Assembly: GCA_951406725.2 (NCBI GenBank)
Contig: OX597823.1
Span: forward strand, 69,068,001-69,132,000
DNA length: 64,000 nt
DNA from: Octopus vulgaris
Taxonomy: Eukaryota
Reading direction: 5' to 3'
Both the position numbers and the translations under genes were made by a program. The notes beneath the pieces are model-generated. The model saw nothing but the letters and a program-made list of their open reading frames with translations. It had not been told where the DNA came from and did not search any database. This document shows positions 63,841-64,000 of the stretch, in pieces. Within the stretch, counting starts at the first letter, position 1. Every line of letters begins with the position of its first letter.

Positions 63841-63978
63841 GCCACAAAGCCCGAAATTTTTGGAGGAGAAGTCCAGTCGATTAGATCGACCCTAGTACAC
63901 AACTGGGACTTAATTAACTGACCCCAGAAGGATGAAAGGTAAAGTCAACCTCAGTGGAATTTGAATTCAGAACATAAA
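63841..63978 (-). mobile_element. Family D SINE fragment
   Basis: agtcgattagatcgaccctag...gaccccagaaggatgaaaggtaaagtcaacctcagtggaatttgaa. Confidence 0.8.
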
Positions 63979-64000
63979 GACAGAAGAAAAGAAATGTAAT

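Overview
AT-rich, microsatellite-dense eukaryotic DNA with no host protein-coding gene that I can confidently recognise. It reads as intron or intergenic sequence, and the SINE/LINE repertoire suggests an octopus or other coleoid cephalopod (an inference, not a database result). Most of the supplied ORFs are microsatellite artefacts. The window is a nested mosaic of mobile DNA. It contains three tRNA-headed SINE families, about 13 5'-truncated copies of an RTE LINE whose 3' UTR carries variable tandem stem-loop arrays, a young CR1-type LINE fragment, and R4/Dong, CRE and L2-like relics. It also contains a decayed Gypsy (Mag-like) element with a tRNA-Ser PBS, Helitrons, hAT/mariner/maT relics, TTAA MITEs and a 32-bp minisatellite. 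The most notable signal is a set of type I hammerhead ribozyme motifs. Two identical complete copies lie 489 nt apart in a partly tandem, partly inverted non-coding element (5521-6298; retrozyme or Penelope pseudo-LTR architecture). Several other hammerhead-bearing short elements sit inside (TA)n tracts. All coordinates and alignments were read by eye, so boundaries of decayed elements are approximate.
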